A stretch of DNA of 64,000 nucleotides. Source: Squalus acanthias. Taxonomy: Eukaryota. Position numbers and translations under genes: made by a program. Positions 14,869 to 27,400 of the stretch are shown here, piece after piece. Each line of letters begins with the position of its first letter. The stretch's first letter is position 1. Where the stretch lies: contig JASTWF010000365.1 in assembly GCA_030390025.1 (NCBI GenBank), positions 248,001-312,000 of the forward strand, in the 5' to 3' direction. The notes beneath the pieces were generated by a model. The model did no database searches. It saw only the letters and a list, made by a program, of their open reading frames with translations, and was not told the DNA's origin.

Positions 14869-15499
14869 CTGAGGAGCCACTCGGCCTCTTTCTTATAATG
14901 ACCTGGTGGGGTTGAGTGCTGCCTGTCTGCCGTTTCTTCCAGAGGGAGCTGGAGTGGTTCTGGACTGCAGCAGTGATTGCATTATATAGAAGGTAAGGGG
15001 GTTAACAGTTAACATGCGCAGGGCCCAGATCTCCTGGGCTGGTTTCGATCGCCTGAGGGTGTCGGAGAGGGAATTCCCGATTTTGGTTTTCTCCCTAATT
15101 GGTCCTGGGTTTTTTGTTGCCTGTCCCGGGAGATTCCATGTCTGGGGCGGAGGGGAGTTTTGGAAGTGCCGAGTCTTGATGCTCCAGCCATTATCAGCGT
15201 GGGGCAGGGTTGATGGAGCCGCTGATCTTTTCCTGCCCGTCCTATCCCTGTGTTGGAAGGACCTGAACTTGCTGACACCAGGTGCTGGAGTGAAGTGTGG
15301 GACCTGTTCCTCGTCGTCCCTCCACCACTTGTTGACAACCAGAGGGTGTAATTCTCAGTTTCAGCAGTGAATGGGATTAATCCTCACATTGCCATTCTTC
15401 AGACTGTCTAACAGCCCCACTTGTTCCCTGAACGCTTAAGAACTTCCGTTTAAATGATTTTCTCCAGTGTTAGACCCTACATGGATTATATCGAATGCC

Positions 15500-15770
15500 C
15501 AACACTGAAACAGGTCATTGGGCCCATCTGCTCCCTGTCGGTGTTTATGCTCCACACCAGCCTCCTCCCACCCCTCTTCATCTCACCCCATCAACATATC
15601 CTTCTATGCCTTTCTCCCTCATGTGTTTATCCAGCTTCCCCTTAAATGCATCTCTGCTCTTCAACTCAAACACTCCCTGTGGTAGCGAGTTACCCATTAT
15701 CACCACTCTCTGGGTAAAGAAATTTTTTCTGAATTCCCTATTGGATTTATTAGTGACTATTTTATATTTG
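15500..15770 (-). mobile_element. CR1 LINE 3' end fragment (family C)
   Basis: Encodes [21 protein letters not shown]; the same tail occurs at 26680-27070 and 49335-49655. Confidence 0.85.
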
Positions 15771-16200
15771 ATCGACACCCCATCCACCACCTTAAACACT
15801 CACTCCCTCCACCACCGGCGCACCGTGGCTGCAGTGTGTACCATCTACAAGATGCACTGCAGCAACTCGTCAAGACTTCTTCGGCAGCACCTCCCAAACC
15901 CGCCACCTCTTCCATCTAGAAGGACAAGGGCAGCAGGCGCATGGGAACACCACCACCTCCAAGTTCCCCTCCACACACACCATCCTGACTTGGAAATATA
16001 TCGGCTGATCCTTCATCGTCGCTGGGTCAAAATCCTGGAACTCCCTCCCGAACAGCGCTGTGGGAGCACCTTCACCACACGGACTGCAGCGGTTCAAGAA
16101 GGAGGCTCACCACCACCTTCTCAAGGGGTAATTAGGGATGGGCAATAAATGCCGGACTTGCCAGCGACGCCCACATCCCGTGAATGAATTAAAAAAAAAA
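15770..16200 (+). mobile_element. CR1-group family B 3' end with poly(A)
   Basis: Encodes [20 protein letters not shown]; tail GGGCAATAAATGC...GAATTAAAAAAAAAAA. Confidence 0.88.
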
Positions 16201-16757
16201 ATTTATGGCCCCTAATTCTTGTCTCAACCGCTAGTGGAAGTATTAACTCGTGTATTTTAATCGGGTTAACAGCAGCAATCTAACTCCCGAGATACGCAAA
16301 AGAAAGACTCCGGTTTTTAAGTTCTTTACAATTTATTATGGTCTAGAAATGATTAGGATGTGAAAACGAGTGCATGTCCACCACCGAAGCCCGTGGTCCG
16401 TTAACTGTGAGCGTAAGTCTTTATAAAGCAGTGGGCAGTCAGATTCAGCAGCTGCTATCTGTCTGTGGTCAGGTACGGAGGAAAGACGTTAATGTTGATG
16501 ATGTTCTCTGAACTTGGCCGTCTCTACGATCCTCCTCTGCCCTCTGCGCCAAGAGGCCATTGGCCCGTTTGTTCCTGGGCGGGTTTCCCTTTGCTACGTT
16601 CAAACCTCATCGTACAGCCGCGTTCAGCCTCCGCCCGCTTTACGTCGGGGCTGCTTTCCCAGTCTCGGTTCTCTCCCGATCCTTTCCCGGAACAGGGAAT
16701 TAGGGTGTTCGGGAAGGTTAATGAAAAAAAACAAGACTCCGAGAACACGACATAATC

Positions 16758-17734
16758 GGGGCGGAAATTCAACCAGGGAGGCATTGTGAAGCTGCCCGTT
16801 ATACCCCCCGCCCCTTGTACCCCGCCCCTTGTAGCCCTTGTACCCCCCGCCAATTATATACCCCACCGCTTATATACCCCGCCTGCTATACCCCCCGCCC
16901 GTTATATACCCCGCCCGTTATATACCCCACCTGCTATACCCCCCGCCCGTTATATACCCCACCCATTATATACCCCGCCCCTTGTACCCCCCGCCCGTTA
17001 TATACCCCGCCCCTTGTACCCCCCGCCCCTTGTACCCCCCGCCCGTTATATACCCCACCCGTTATATACCCCACCCGTTATATACCCCACCCGTTATATA
17101 CCCCGCCCGTTATATACCCCACCCATTATATACCCCGCCCGTTATATACCCCGCCCGTTATATACCCCACCCATTATATACCCCGCCCGTTATATACCCC
17201 GCCCGTTATATACCCCACCTGCTATACCCCCCGCCCGTTATATACCCCGCCCGTTATATACCCCGCCTGCTATACCCCCCGCCCGTTATATACCCCGCCC
17301 GTTATATACCCCGCCTGCTATACCCCCCGCGCGTTATATACACCGCCCATTATACCCCCGTCCCTTGCACCCCCCGCCCCTTGTACCCCCCGCCCATTAT
17401 ATACACCGCCCGTTATACCCCCGCCCCTTGTACACCCCACCCCTTGTACACCCTGCCCTTGTACCCCCCGCCCGTTATATACACCACCCATTATACCCCC
17501 CGCCCCTTGTACCACCCGCCTGCTATATAGCCCACCCGTTATACCCCCGCCCCTTGTACCCAATGCCTGTTATACCCCCGCCCATTATACCCCCGCCCCT
17601 TGTACCCAATGCCTGTTATACCCCCGCCCATTATACGCCCCAGTTGATATTCGATTCCACAATGGGGCGTATCGTGGACGGCCAATGCGAGAGCGCCAGT
17701 TTCGCGCAGCCTCCCCAAGTCCAATATCTGCCCT
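16758..17734. mobile_element. Putative MITE / non-autonomous DNA transposon with an internal C-rich minisatellite
   Basis: Degenerate TIRs: GGGGCGGAAATTCAACCAGGGAGGC versus the reverse complement of GCCTCCCCAAGTCCAATATCTGCCCT. Confidence 0.5.
16795..17642. repeat. ~16-17 bp C-rich minisatellite (CCCGTTATATACCCCG and variants)
   Basis: Tandem units seen directly; source of spurious Pro/Tyr-rich ORFs. Confidence 0.93.
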
Positions 17735-18255
17735 GTTATCTCTACTCGAACCTACCTATTAAGAAACCCTTGAAAACGTTCCCATAATCCCATGAAAGCA
17801 TCCGAAGTGAAAGATAGAATCGCAGCATCATAGAATGGTTACAGCACAGAGGGACAGTGTTCGGCCCATCGAGCCTGTGCCGGCTCTCTACAAGAGCACT
17901 TCAGCTCGTCCCACTCCCCCCACAGCTGCCCTTTGCAACGTGACGACTTTGATGTCACTGGCGTGGATGGGCCAGAAAGGTTTAACACAAACCGTGCCCA
18001 GTGATACAGAGAGACACCGGCAGAGGGCAGTAGAGAGCAGAGTGACTGAGCACATTCAATCGCACAGCACTGGGATTGTGATTCAGCAAATATTCTGTTG
18101 AAGCAATCAGTGAAAAGCTGGTCTACTGAAAGAGTTAAGATGAATATCAGACACAGCAGCAGCTCTGTATTTACAAGCAGAGATATCTGGCAATGAATTA
18201 TTAAACAATGGCGTCCTACAGCCTTGCAATGAGGTTTTAATATATTTCCCCAGCA

Positions 18256-20993
18256 AAGAGAGCGCAGGGCAGTGGGATTAGTTTGGGGATTGATACAGGG
18301 CTATGGGGAGAGAGTGGGGCAGTGGGATTAGTTTGGGATTGATACAGGGCTATGGGGAGAGAGCGGGGCAGTGGGATTAGTTTGGGATTAATACAGGGCT
18401 ATGGGGAGAGAGCGGGGCAGTGGGATTAGTTTGGGATTGATACAGGGCTATGGGGAGAGAGCGGGGCAGTGGGATTAGTTTGGGATTGATACAGGGCGAT
18501 GGGGAGAGAGTTGGGCAGTGGGATTAGATTGGGATTGATACAGCGCTATGGGGAGAGAGCTGGGCAGTGGGATTAGTTTGGGATTGATACAGGGCTATCG
18601 GAAGAGAGCGGAGCAGTGGGATTAGTTTGGGATTGATACAGGGCTATGGGGAGAGAGCGGGGCAGTGGGATTAGTTTGGGATTGATACAGGGCTATGGGG
18701 AGAGAGCGGGGCAGTGGGATTAGTTTGGGATTGATACAGGGCTATGGGGAGAGAGTGGGGCAGTGGGATTAGTTTGGGGATTGATACAGGGCTATGGGGA
18801 GAGAGCGGGGCAGTGGGATTAGTTTGGGATTGATACAGGGCTATAGGGAGAGTGCGGGCAGTGGGATTAGCTTTGGATTGATACAGGATTATGGGGAGAG
18901 AGCGGAGCAGTGGGATTAGTTTGGGGATTGATACAGGGCTATGGGGAGAGAGCGGGGCAGTGGGATTAGTTTGGGGATTGATACAGGGCTATGGGGAGAG
19001 AGCAGGGCAGAGGGATTAGTTTGGGATTGATACAGGGCTATGGGGAGAGAGCGGGGCAGTGGGATTAGTTTGGGATTGATACAGCGCTATGGGGAGAGAG
19101 CTGGGCAGTGGGATTAGTTTGGGATTGATACAGAGCTATCGGAAGAGAGCGGAGCAGTGGGATTAGTTTGGGATTGATACAGGGCTATGGGGAGAGAGCG
19201 GGGCAGTGGGATTAGTTTGGGATTGATACAGGGCTATGGGGAGAGAGCGGGGCAGTGGGATTAGTTTGGGATTGATACAGGGCTATCGGGAGAGAGTGGG
19301 GCAGTGGGATTAGTTTGGGGATTGATACAGGGCTATGGGGAGAGAGCGGGGCAGTGGGATTAGTTTGGGATTGATACAGGGCTATGGGGAGCGAGCTGGG
19401 CAGTGGGATTAGTTTGGGATTGATACAGGGCTATGGGGAGAGAGCGGGGCAGTGGGATTAGTTTGGGATTGATACAGGGCTATGGGGAGCGAGCTGGGCA
19501 GTGGGATTAGTTTGGGATTGATACAGGGCTATGGGGAGAGAGCGGGGCAGTGGGATTAGTTTGGGATTGATACAGGGCTATGGGGAGAGGGCGGGGCAGT
19601 GGGATTAGTTTGGGATTGATACAGGGCTATGGGGAGAGAGCGGGGCAGTGGGATTAGTTTGGGATTGATTCAGGGCTATGGGGGGAGAGAGCGGGGCAGT
19701 GGGATTAGTTTGGGATTGATACAGGGCTATGGGGAGAGAGCGGGGCAGTGGGATTAATTTGGGGATTGATACAGGGCTATTGGGAGAGTGCGGGCAGTGG
19801 GATTAGTTTGTTGTTGATACAGGGCTATTGGGAGAGAGTGGGGCAGTGGGATTAGTTTGGGGATTGATACAGGGCTATGGGGAGAGAGCGGGGCAGTGGG
19901 ATTAGTTTGGGATTGATACAGGGCTATGGGGAGAGAGCGGGGCAGTGGGATTAGTTTGGGATTGATACAGGGCTATAGGGAGAGTGCGGGCAGTGGGATT
20001 AGCTTTGGATTGATACAGGATTATGGGGAGAGAGCAGGGCAGAGGGATTAGTTTGGGATTGATACAGGGCTATTGGGAGAGAGTGGGGCAGTGGGATTAG
20101 TTTGGGGATTGATACAGGGCTATGGGGAGAGAGCGGGGCAGTGGGATTAGTTTGGGGATTGATACAGGGCTATGGGGAGAGAGCGGGGCAGTGGGATTAG
20201 TTTGGGATTGATACAGGGCTATAGGGAGAGTGCGGGCAGTGGGATTAGCTTTGGATTGATACAGGATTATGGGGAGAGAGCAGGGCAGAGGGATTAGTTT
20301 GGGATTGATACAGGGCTATGGGGAGAGAGCGGGGCAGTGGGATTAGTTTGAGATTGATACAGGGCTATTGGGAGAGAGTGGGGCAGTGGGAGTGGTTTGG
20401 GGATTGATACAGGGCTATGGGGAGAGGGCGGGGCAGTGGGATTAGTTTTGGATTGATACAGGGCTATGGGGAGAGAGCGGGGCAGTGGGAGTGGTTTGGG
20501 GATTGATTCAGGGCTATGGGGAGAGAGCGGGGCAGTGGGATTAGTTTGGGGATTGATACAGGGCTATGGGGAGAGAGCGGGGCAGTGGGATTAGTTTGAG
20601 ATTGATACAGGGCTATGGGGAGAGGGCGGGGCAGTGGGATTAGTTTGGGATTGATACAGGGCTATGGGGAGAGAGCGGGGCAGTGGGAGTGGTTTGGGGA
20701 TTGATTCAGGGCTATGGGGAGAGAGCGGGGCAGTGGGATTAGTTTGGGGATTGATACAGGGCTATGGGGAGAGAGCGGGGCAGTGGGATTAGTTTGGGAT
20801 TGATACAGGGCTATGGGGAGAGAGCGGGGCAGTGGGATTCGTTTGAGATTGATACAGGGCTATGGGGGGAGAGCGGGGCAGTGGGATTAGTTTGGGATTG
20901 ATACAGGGCTATGGGAGGAGAGCGGGGCAGTGGGATTAGTTTGGGATTGATACAGGGCTATGGGGGGAGAGCGGGGCAGTGGGATTAGTTTTG
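18256..20993 (+). repeat. 49-50 bp G-rich minisatellite (GGGGAGAGAGCGGGGCAGTGGGATTAGTTTGGGATTGATACAGGGCTAT)n, ~55 units
   Basis: Period of 49 nt (CTAT at 18301 and 18350). The unit resembles the CR1 tail segment at ~52790-52830. Confidence 0.96.
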
Positions 20994-21171
20994 GTCTGGC
21001 TCTAACAAAGGGCTGGTGTGGAGACGAGGGGAATGGGGTGAAGGAGATTGAGTGAGTCCATCAATCAGTTGGCCAAGAATTTGAGCGCACAGAGCAAGCT
21101 GGGACTCTCCCTCCCAGCGACACTCGCACCATCCAGCAGTCAAGGGGGGCTATTGAGGTGACGCGTTCTGT

Positions 21172-21431
21172 TTAGAGCACCACTTTTAGAAAGACCAGCA
21201 AGAGGGTGGTGCCAATGGAGGCATTGAGCTGGGTGGAAATGCCAGCTTTGCTGGTGGTTGAGGGGAGGGGCGTGGTGGAGCGGGTGAAGTTCCGTGACTC
21301 GATGTTGCACAGGTTATTCTTGCAGCAGTAGAAGGCGTTGGTCGGATAGATGCCGTAGACATTGAAAGTATCTGGTTCTCGGCAAACGAAATCAGAAGCA
21401 CAGCCTTTGAAGACGTACGTCGTTGTGTCCA
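21172..21431 (-). CDS. Ly6/uPAR gene exon 5 (second half of LU domain 2, Ser/Thr stalk, GPI-type signal, stop)
   Basis: Acceptor ttttttcatgaacag|; encodes [10 protein letters not shown]...CCKNNLCN...[12 protein letters not shown]. Confidence 0.92.
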
Positions 21432-24400
21432 CTGTTCATGAAAAAAGATAAACCCGTCATTTTAACACCTTCGTATCGATTGCATTCCATTGGGTCAACC
21501 GGCATTGCCCACCTGATCCAATCTACCATCATTTTCTACCTGTGCAGTTTAACCTTTCTCATCATCTCAACGATACAGTTAGCCACATAGAAACAGGAGG
21601 CGGCCATCCAGCCCCTCGAGCCTGTTCGCCATTCAGTCAGATCATGGCCAATCTGTATCTTATCCCCATCTACCTGCATCGGTTTCAGATCCCTTAGCAC
21701 CCTTTCCTAACAAAAATCTATCAATCTCAGTTTTGACATTTTCAATTGACCCCCCCCCCCCCCACCGCCCGCCACCCCCTCTCCAGCCTCAACAGCTTTT
21801 TTTGGGGGGGGAGAGTTCCCGATTTCCACTGCCCTTTGTGTGAAGAAGTGCTTCCTGACATCACCCCTGAACGGCCTGGCTCTAATTTGAAGCTTCTGCC
21901 CCCTTGTTCTGGACTCCCCCCCCCACCAGAGGAAATAGTTTCTCTCTCTCTACCCTATCGAATCCTTCAATCATCTCAAACACCTCGATTAGATCGCCCC
22001 TTAATCTTCTAAACTCCAGGGAACACAAGCCTAGTCTGGGCAACCTGTCCTCATAATTTAACCCTTCTAGCCCGGGTATCATTCTGATTAATCTACACTG
22101 CACAGCCATGGAAATAGTGGATGCATTGGTTGTCATCTTTCAAAATTCAATAGATTATGGAACAGTTCCTGCAGATTGGAGGGTGGCAAATGTAACCCCA
22201 TTATTTAAAAAAGGAGGGAGAGAGAAAACAGGGAACTACAGACCGGTTAGCCTAACATCAGTAGTAGGGAAAAGGCTAGAGTCTATTATAAAGGATGTGA
22301 TAACAGGACACTTAGAAAATATCAATGGGATCAGACAAAGTCAACATGGATTTATGAAAGGGAAATCGTGTTTGACAAATCTACTGGAGTTTTTTGAGGA
22401 TGTAACTGGTAGAATAGATATGGGAGAACCAGTGGATGTGGTGTATTTGGATTTTCAGAAGGCCTTTGAGAAAGTCCCACATAAAAGGTTAGTGTGCAAA
22501 ATTAAAGCACATGGGATTGGGGGTAATATACTGGCATGGACTGAAAATTGGTTAACAGAGAGTAGGAATAAATGGGTCTTTTTCGGAGTGGTAGGTGGTG
22601 ACTAGTGGGGCACCGCAGGAATCAGTGCTTGGGCCCCAGCTAGTCACAATATATATCAATGATTTGGATGAGGGAACCAAATGTAATATTTCCAAGTTTG
22701 CTGACGACACAAAACTAGGTGGGATTGTGAGTTGTGAGGAGGATGCAAAGAGGCTTCAACGCGATTTAGACAAGTTGAGTGAGTGGGCAAATACATGGCA
22801 GAAGCAGTATAAGGTGGATAAATGTGAAGTTATCCACTTCGGTAGGAAAAACAGAAAGGCAGAGTATTATTTAAATGGTGATAGATTGGGAAATGTTGAT
22901 GTACAAAGGGACCTGGGTGTCCTTGTACACCAGTCACTGAAAGCAAACATGCAGGTGCAGCAAACAGTTAGGAAGGCAAATGGTATGTTGGCCTTCATTG
23001 CAAGAGGATTTGAGTACAGGAGCAAGGATGTCTTACTACAGTTATACAGGGCCTTGGTGAGACCACACCTGGAGTAATGTGTGCAGTTTTGGTCTCCTTT
23101 CCTAAGAAAGGATATACTTGCCATAGAGGGAGTGCAGCGAAGGTTCACCAGACTGATTCCTGGGATGGCAGGACTGTCGTATGAGGAGAGATTGGGTCGA
23201 CTAGGCCTGTATTCACTAGAGTTTAGAAGAATGAGAGGGGATCTCATTGAAACGTATAAAATTCTGACAAGGCTAGACAGACTGGATGCAGGGAGGAAGT
23301 TTCCCCTGGCTGGGGGGGCTCTAGAACGAGGGGTCACAGTCTCAGGATACACGGGGTGGGACATTTAGGACTGAGATGAGGAGAAATTTCTTCACTCAGA
23401 GGGTGGTGAACCTGTGGAATTCTCTACCACAGAAGGCTATGGAGGCCAAGTCACTGAATATATTTAAGAAGGAGATAGATAGATTTCTAGACACAAAAGG
23501 CATCAAGGGGTATGGGGAGAGAGTGGGAATATGGTATTGAGAGAGAGGATCAGCCATGATCATATTGAATGGCGGAGCAGGCTCGAATGGCCTACTCCTG
23601 CTCCTAGTTTTCTATGTTTCTATGTTTCTATGCACCACCTCTGAGGCCAAGATATCCTTCCTGAGGTGTGGTGCCCAGAATTGAACGCAGTGGCTCCAGA
23701 TGGGGTCTGGCCAGAGCTTTATACAACTGTAGCAAAGTTTTCACTCCTTACTACTTTCTTTATTGAGGGAAGATTTTCAATTAATTTCTATCTCTTTCAT
23801 CCGATCCCTTTGCCTCATCAATCTTAGCCATACCTTCAGCCGCCTGGGCCCTGAGCTCTGTAATTCCCTCCCTAAACCTCTCTGCCTCTCTCTCCTCCTT
23901 TAAGATCCTCCTGAAAACCTACCTCTTTGACCAAGCTTCTGGTATATAGGGCCCTGGTGAGACCACACCTGGAGTATTGCGTACAGTTTTGGTCTCCTTA
24001 CCTAAGGATGGATATACTTGCCATAGAGGGAGTGCAACGAAGGTTCACCAGACTGATTCCTGGGATGGGGGGATTGTCCTATGAGGAGAGATCGAGTAGA
24101 CTAGGCCTATATTCTCTAGAGTTTAGAAGAATGAGAGGTGATCTCACTGAAACATACAAAATTCTTACGGGGCTTGACAGGGTAGATGCTGGGAGGATGT
24201 TTCCCCTGGCTGGAGAGTCTAGAACCAGGGGTCACAGACTCAGAATGAGGGGTCGGCCATTTAGGACTGAGATGAGGAGAAATTTCTTCACTCAGAGGGC
24301 GGTGAATCTTTGGAATTCTCTACCCCAGAGGGCTGTGGAGGCTCAGTCATTGAGTATAGTCAAAACAGAGATCGATAGATTTTTGAATATTAAGGGAATC

Positions 24401-27400
24401 AAGGGATATGGGAATAGTGCAGGAAAGTGGAGTTGAGGTAGAAGATCAGCCATGATCTTCTTGAATGGCAGAGCAGGCTCGAAGGGCCAAATGGCCGACT
24501 CCTGCTCCTATTTCTTATGTTCTTATGGTCATCCCTCTTGATCTCCTTCTTTTGCTCAGCTTCTAATTTTTCCCTCCCGTCCGTTAGAAGCACCTTGGGT
24601 TGTTTTGCTGTGTTAAACATGTCTCTGGGTCACCTGTGGCTCAGTGCATATCCTTCTGGCCTTTACGCTTTGACTGTCAGCCTCTCGCCTCTGAGTCAGA
24701 AGGCCGTGGGTTCGAGCCCCACTCCAGAGACTTGAGCCCGTAATCCAGGCCGACACTCCCAGTGCAGTACTGAGGGAGCGCCGCACTGTCGGAGGGGCAG
24801 TGCTGAGGGAGCGGCCGCACTGTCGGAGGGGCAGTACTGAGGGAGCGCCGCACTGTCGGAGGGGCAGTACTGAGGGAGCGCCGCACTGTCGGAGGGGCAG
24901 TACTGACGGAGCGCCTCACTGTCGGAGGGGCAGTACTGAGGGAGCGCCGCACTGTCGGAGGGGCAGTACTGAGGGAGCGCCGCACTGTCGGAGGGGCAGT
25001 ACTGAGGGAGCGCCGCACTGTCGGAGGGGCAGTACTGAGGGAGCGCTGCACTGTCGGAGGGGCAGTACAGAGGGAGCGCCGCACTGTCGGAGGGGCAGTG
25101 CTGAGGGAGCGCCGCATTGTCGGAGGGGAAGTACTGAGGGAGCGCCGCACTGTCGGAGGGGAAGTACTGAGAGAGCGCTGCACTGTCGGAGGAGCAGTAC
25201 TGAGGGAGCGCCGCACTGTCGGAGGGGCAGTACTGAGGGAGCGCCGCACTGTCGGAGGGGCAGTACTGAGGGAGCGCCGCACTGTCGGAGGGGCAGTACT
25301 GAGGGAACGCTGCACTGTCGGAGAGGCAGTACTGAGGGAGCGATGCACTGTCGGAGGGGGCAGTACTGAGGGAGCACTGCACTGTCAGAGGGGCAGTACT
25401 GAGGGAGCGCCGTACTGAGGGAGCGCCGCACTGTCGGAGGGGCGGTATTGAGGGAGTGCTGCACTGTCGGAGGAGCGGTACTGAGGGAGCGCCGCACTGT
25501 CGGAGGGGCAGTACTGAGGGAGCGCCGCACTGACGGAGGGACAGTACTGAGGGAGCGCCGCACTGACCGAGGTGCCGTCTTTCGGATGAGACATTAAACT
25601 GAGGCCCTGTCTTCCCTCTCAGGTGGACGTAAAAGATCCCACAGGCACTATTTCGAAGAAGAGCAGGGGGAGTTCTCCCCGGTGTCCTTGCCCAATATTG
25701 ATCCCTCAATCAACATCACCAAAAAAGAGATTATCTGGTCATTATCACATGGGAGCTTCCTATGTGCAGATTGGCTGCTGCGTTTCCTACATTACCACTG
25801 TGACTCTACCTCAAAAACACTTCATTGACTGTGAAGCGCTTTGAGATGTCCTGAGGTTGTGAAAGGTGCTGTAGAAAATGCAAGACCTTTTTGTTATTAA
25901 TTGGAATTGGGCAAAAACTGATTCTTCTACCCCTTTCCCACAAATTGTCCTCCCGGATTTGTTTGCTGTATAATTTGAGTCCTATAGAAACATAGAAAAA
26001 TAGGAGCAGGAGTCGGCCATTCGGCCCTTCGAGCCTGCTCCGCCATTCAATATGATCATGGCTGATCCTCTATCTCAATACCATATTCCCGCTCTCTCCC
26101 CATACCCCTTGATGCCTTTTGTGTCCAGAAATCTATCTATCTCCTTCTTAAATATATTCAGTGACTTGGCCTCCACAGCCTTCTGTGGTAGAGAATTCCA
26201 CAGGTTCACCACCCTCTGAGTGAAGAAATTTCCGCTCATCTCAGTCCTAAATGTCCTACCCCGTATCCTGAGACTGTGACCCCTCGTTCTAGACCCCCCA
26301 GCCAGGGGAAACATCCTCCCTGCATCCAGTCTGTCTAGCCCTGTCAGAATTTTATACGTTTCAATGAGATCCCCTCTCATTCTTCTAAACTCTAGTGAAT
26401 ACAGACCTTGTCGACCCAATCTCTCCTCATACGACAGTCCTGCCATCCCACGAATCAGTCTGGTGAACCTTCGCTGCACTCTCTCTAATGGCAAGTATAT
26501 CCTTTCTTAGGTAAGGAGACCAAAACTGCACACAGTACTCCAGGTGTGGTCTCACCAAGGCCCTGTATAACTGTAGTAAGACATCCTTGCTCCTGTACTC
26601 AAATCAGCCTAACCTTCTTCCTAGCATCTACAAACTCCGAATGATATTGAGTTACTCTTCATAGAATGATGTGCAATTTACAGCCCAAAAACAGTCCATT
26701 TGACCCAACCAGTCCATGCCGGTGTTTATGCTCCACACCAGCCTCCTCCCACCCCTCTTCATCTCACCCCATCAACATATCCTTCTATTCCTTTCGCCCT
26801 CATGTGTTTATCTAGCTTCCCCTTAAATGTATCTCTGCTCTTCACCTCAACCACTCCCTGTGGTAGCGAGTTCCCCATTCTCACCACTCTCTGGGTAAAG
26901 AAGTTTCTCCTGAATTCCCTATTGGATTTATCAGTGACTATCTTATATTGATGGCCCCTAGTTCTGGTCTCCCCCACAAGTGGAAACATCTTCTCTACGT
27001 CTACCCTATCAAACCCCTTCATAATCTAAAAGACCTCTATCAGAGAAAAGAGCCCCAGCCTGTTCAGTCTTTCCTGATAACCAGAACTGCAAGGTTATAC
27101 CTATCATCCTTGCAAATCTTTTCTTTGTAAAACATCTTTACCCAGAGAGTGATGAGATTGTGGAACTGGCTACCACAGGGAGTGGTTGAGGCGAATAGCA
27201 GAGACGCACTTAAAGGGAAGTGCAGGATGGAGAAAGGAATAGAAGGAGATGGTGATGAGGTGAGATGAAGAGGGGTGGGAGGAGGCTGGTGTGGAGGATA
27301 AACGCCGGCATGGACTGGTTGGGCCGAATGGCCTGTTTCTGTGCTGTTAAATTCAAAGTAATATCTCATTTTTTGTCAGTGTTTCCATGTTCTTCACTAA

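Noticed and set aside
14943..14992. Possible 50-nt plus-strand exon (ttcttccag|...AAG|gtaagg)
   Set aside because: Good splice sites, but no partner exons or recognisable peptide; cannot be supported without RNA data.
16786..17787. Pro/Tyr-rich extensin- or adhesive-like ORFs
   Set aside because: Open in all three frames because of a C-rich minisatellite; no signal peptide or splice support.
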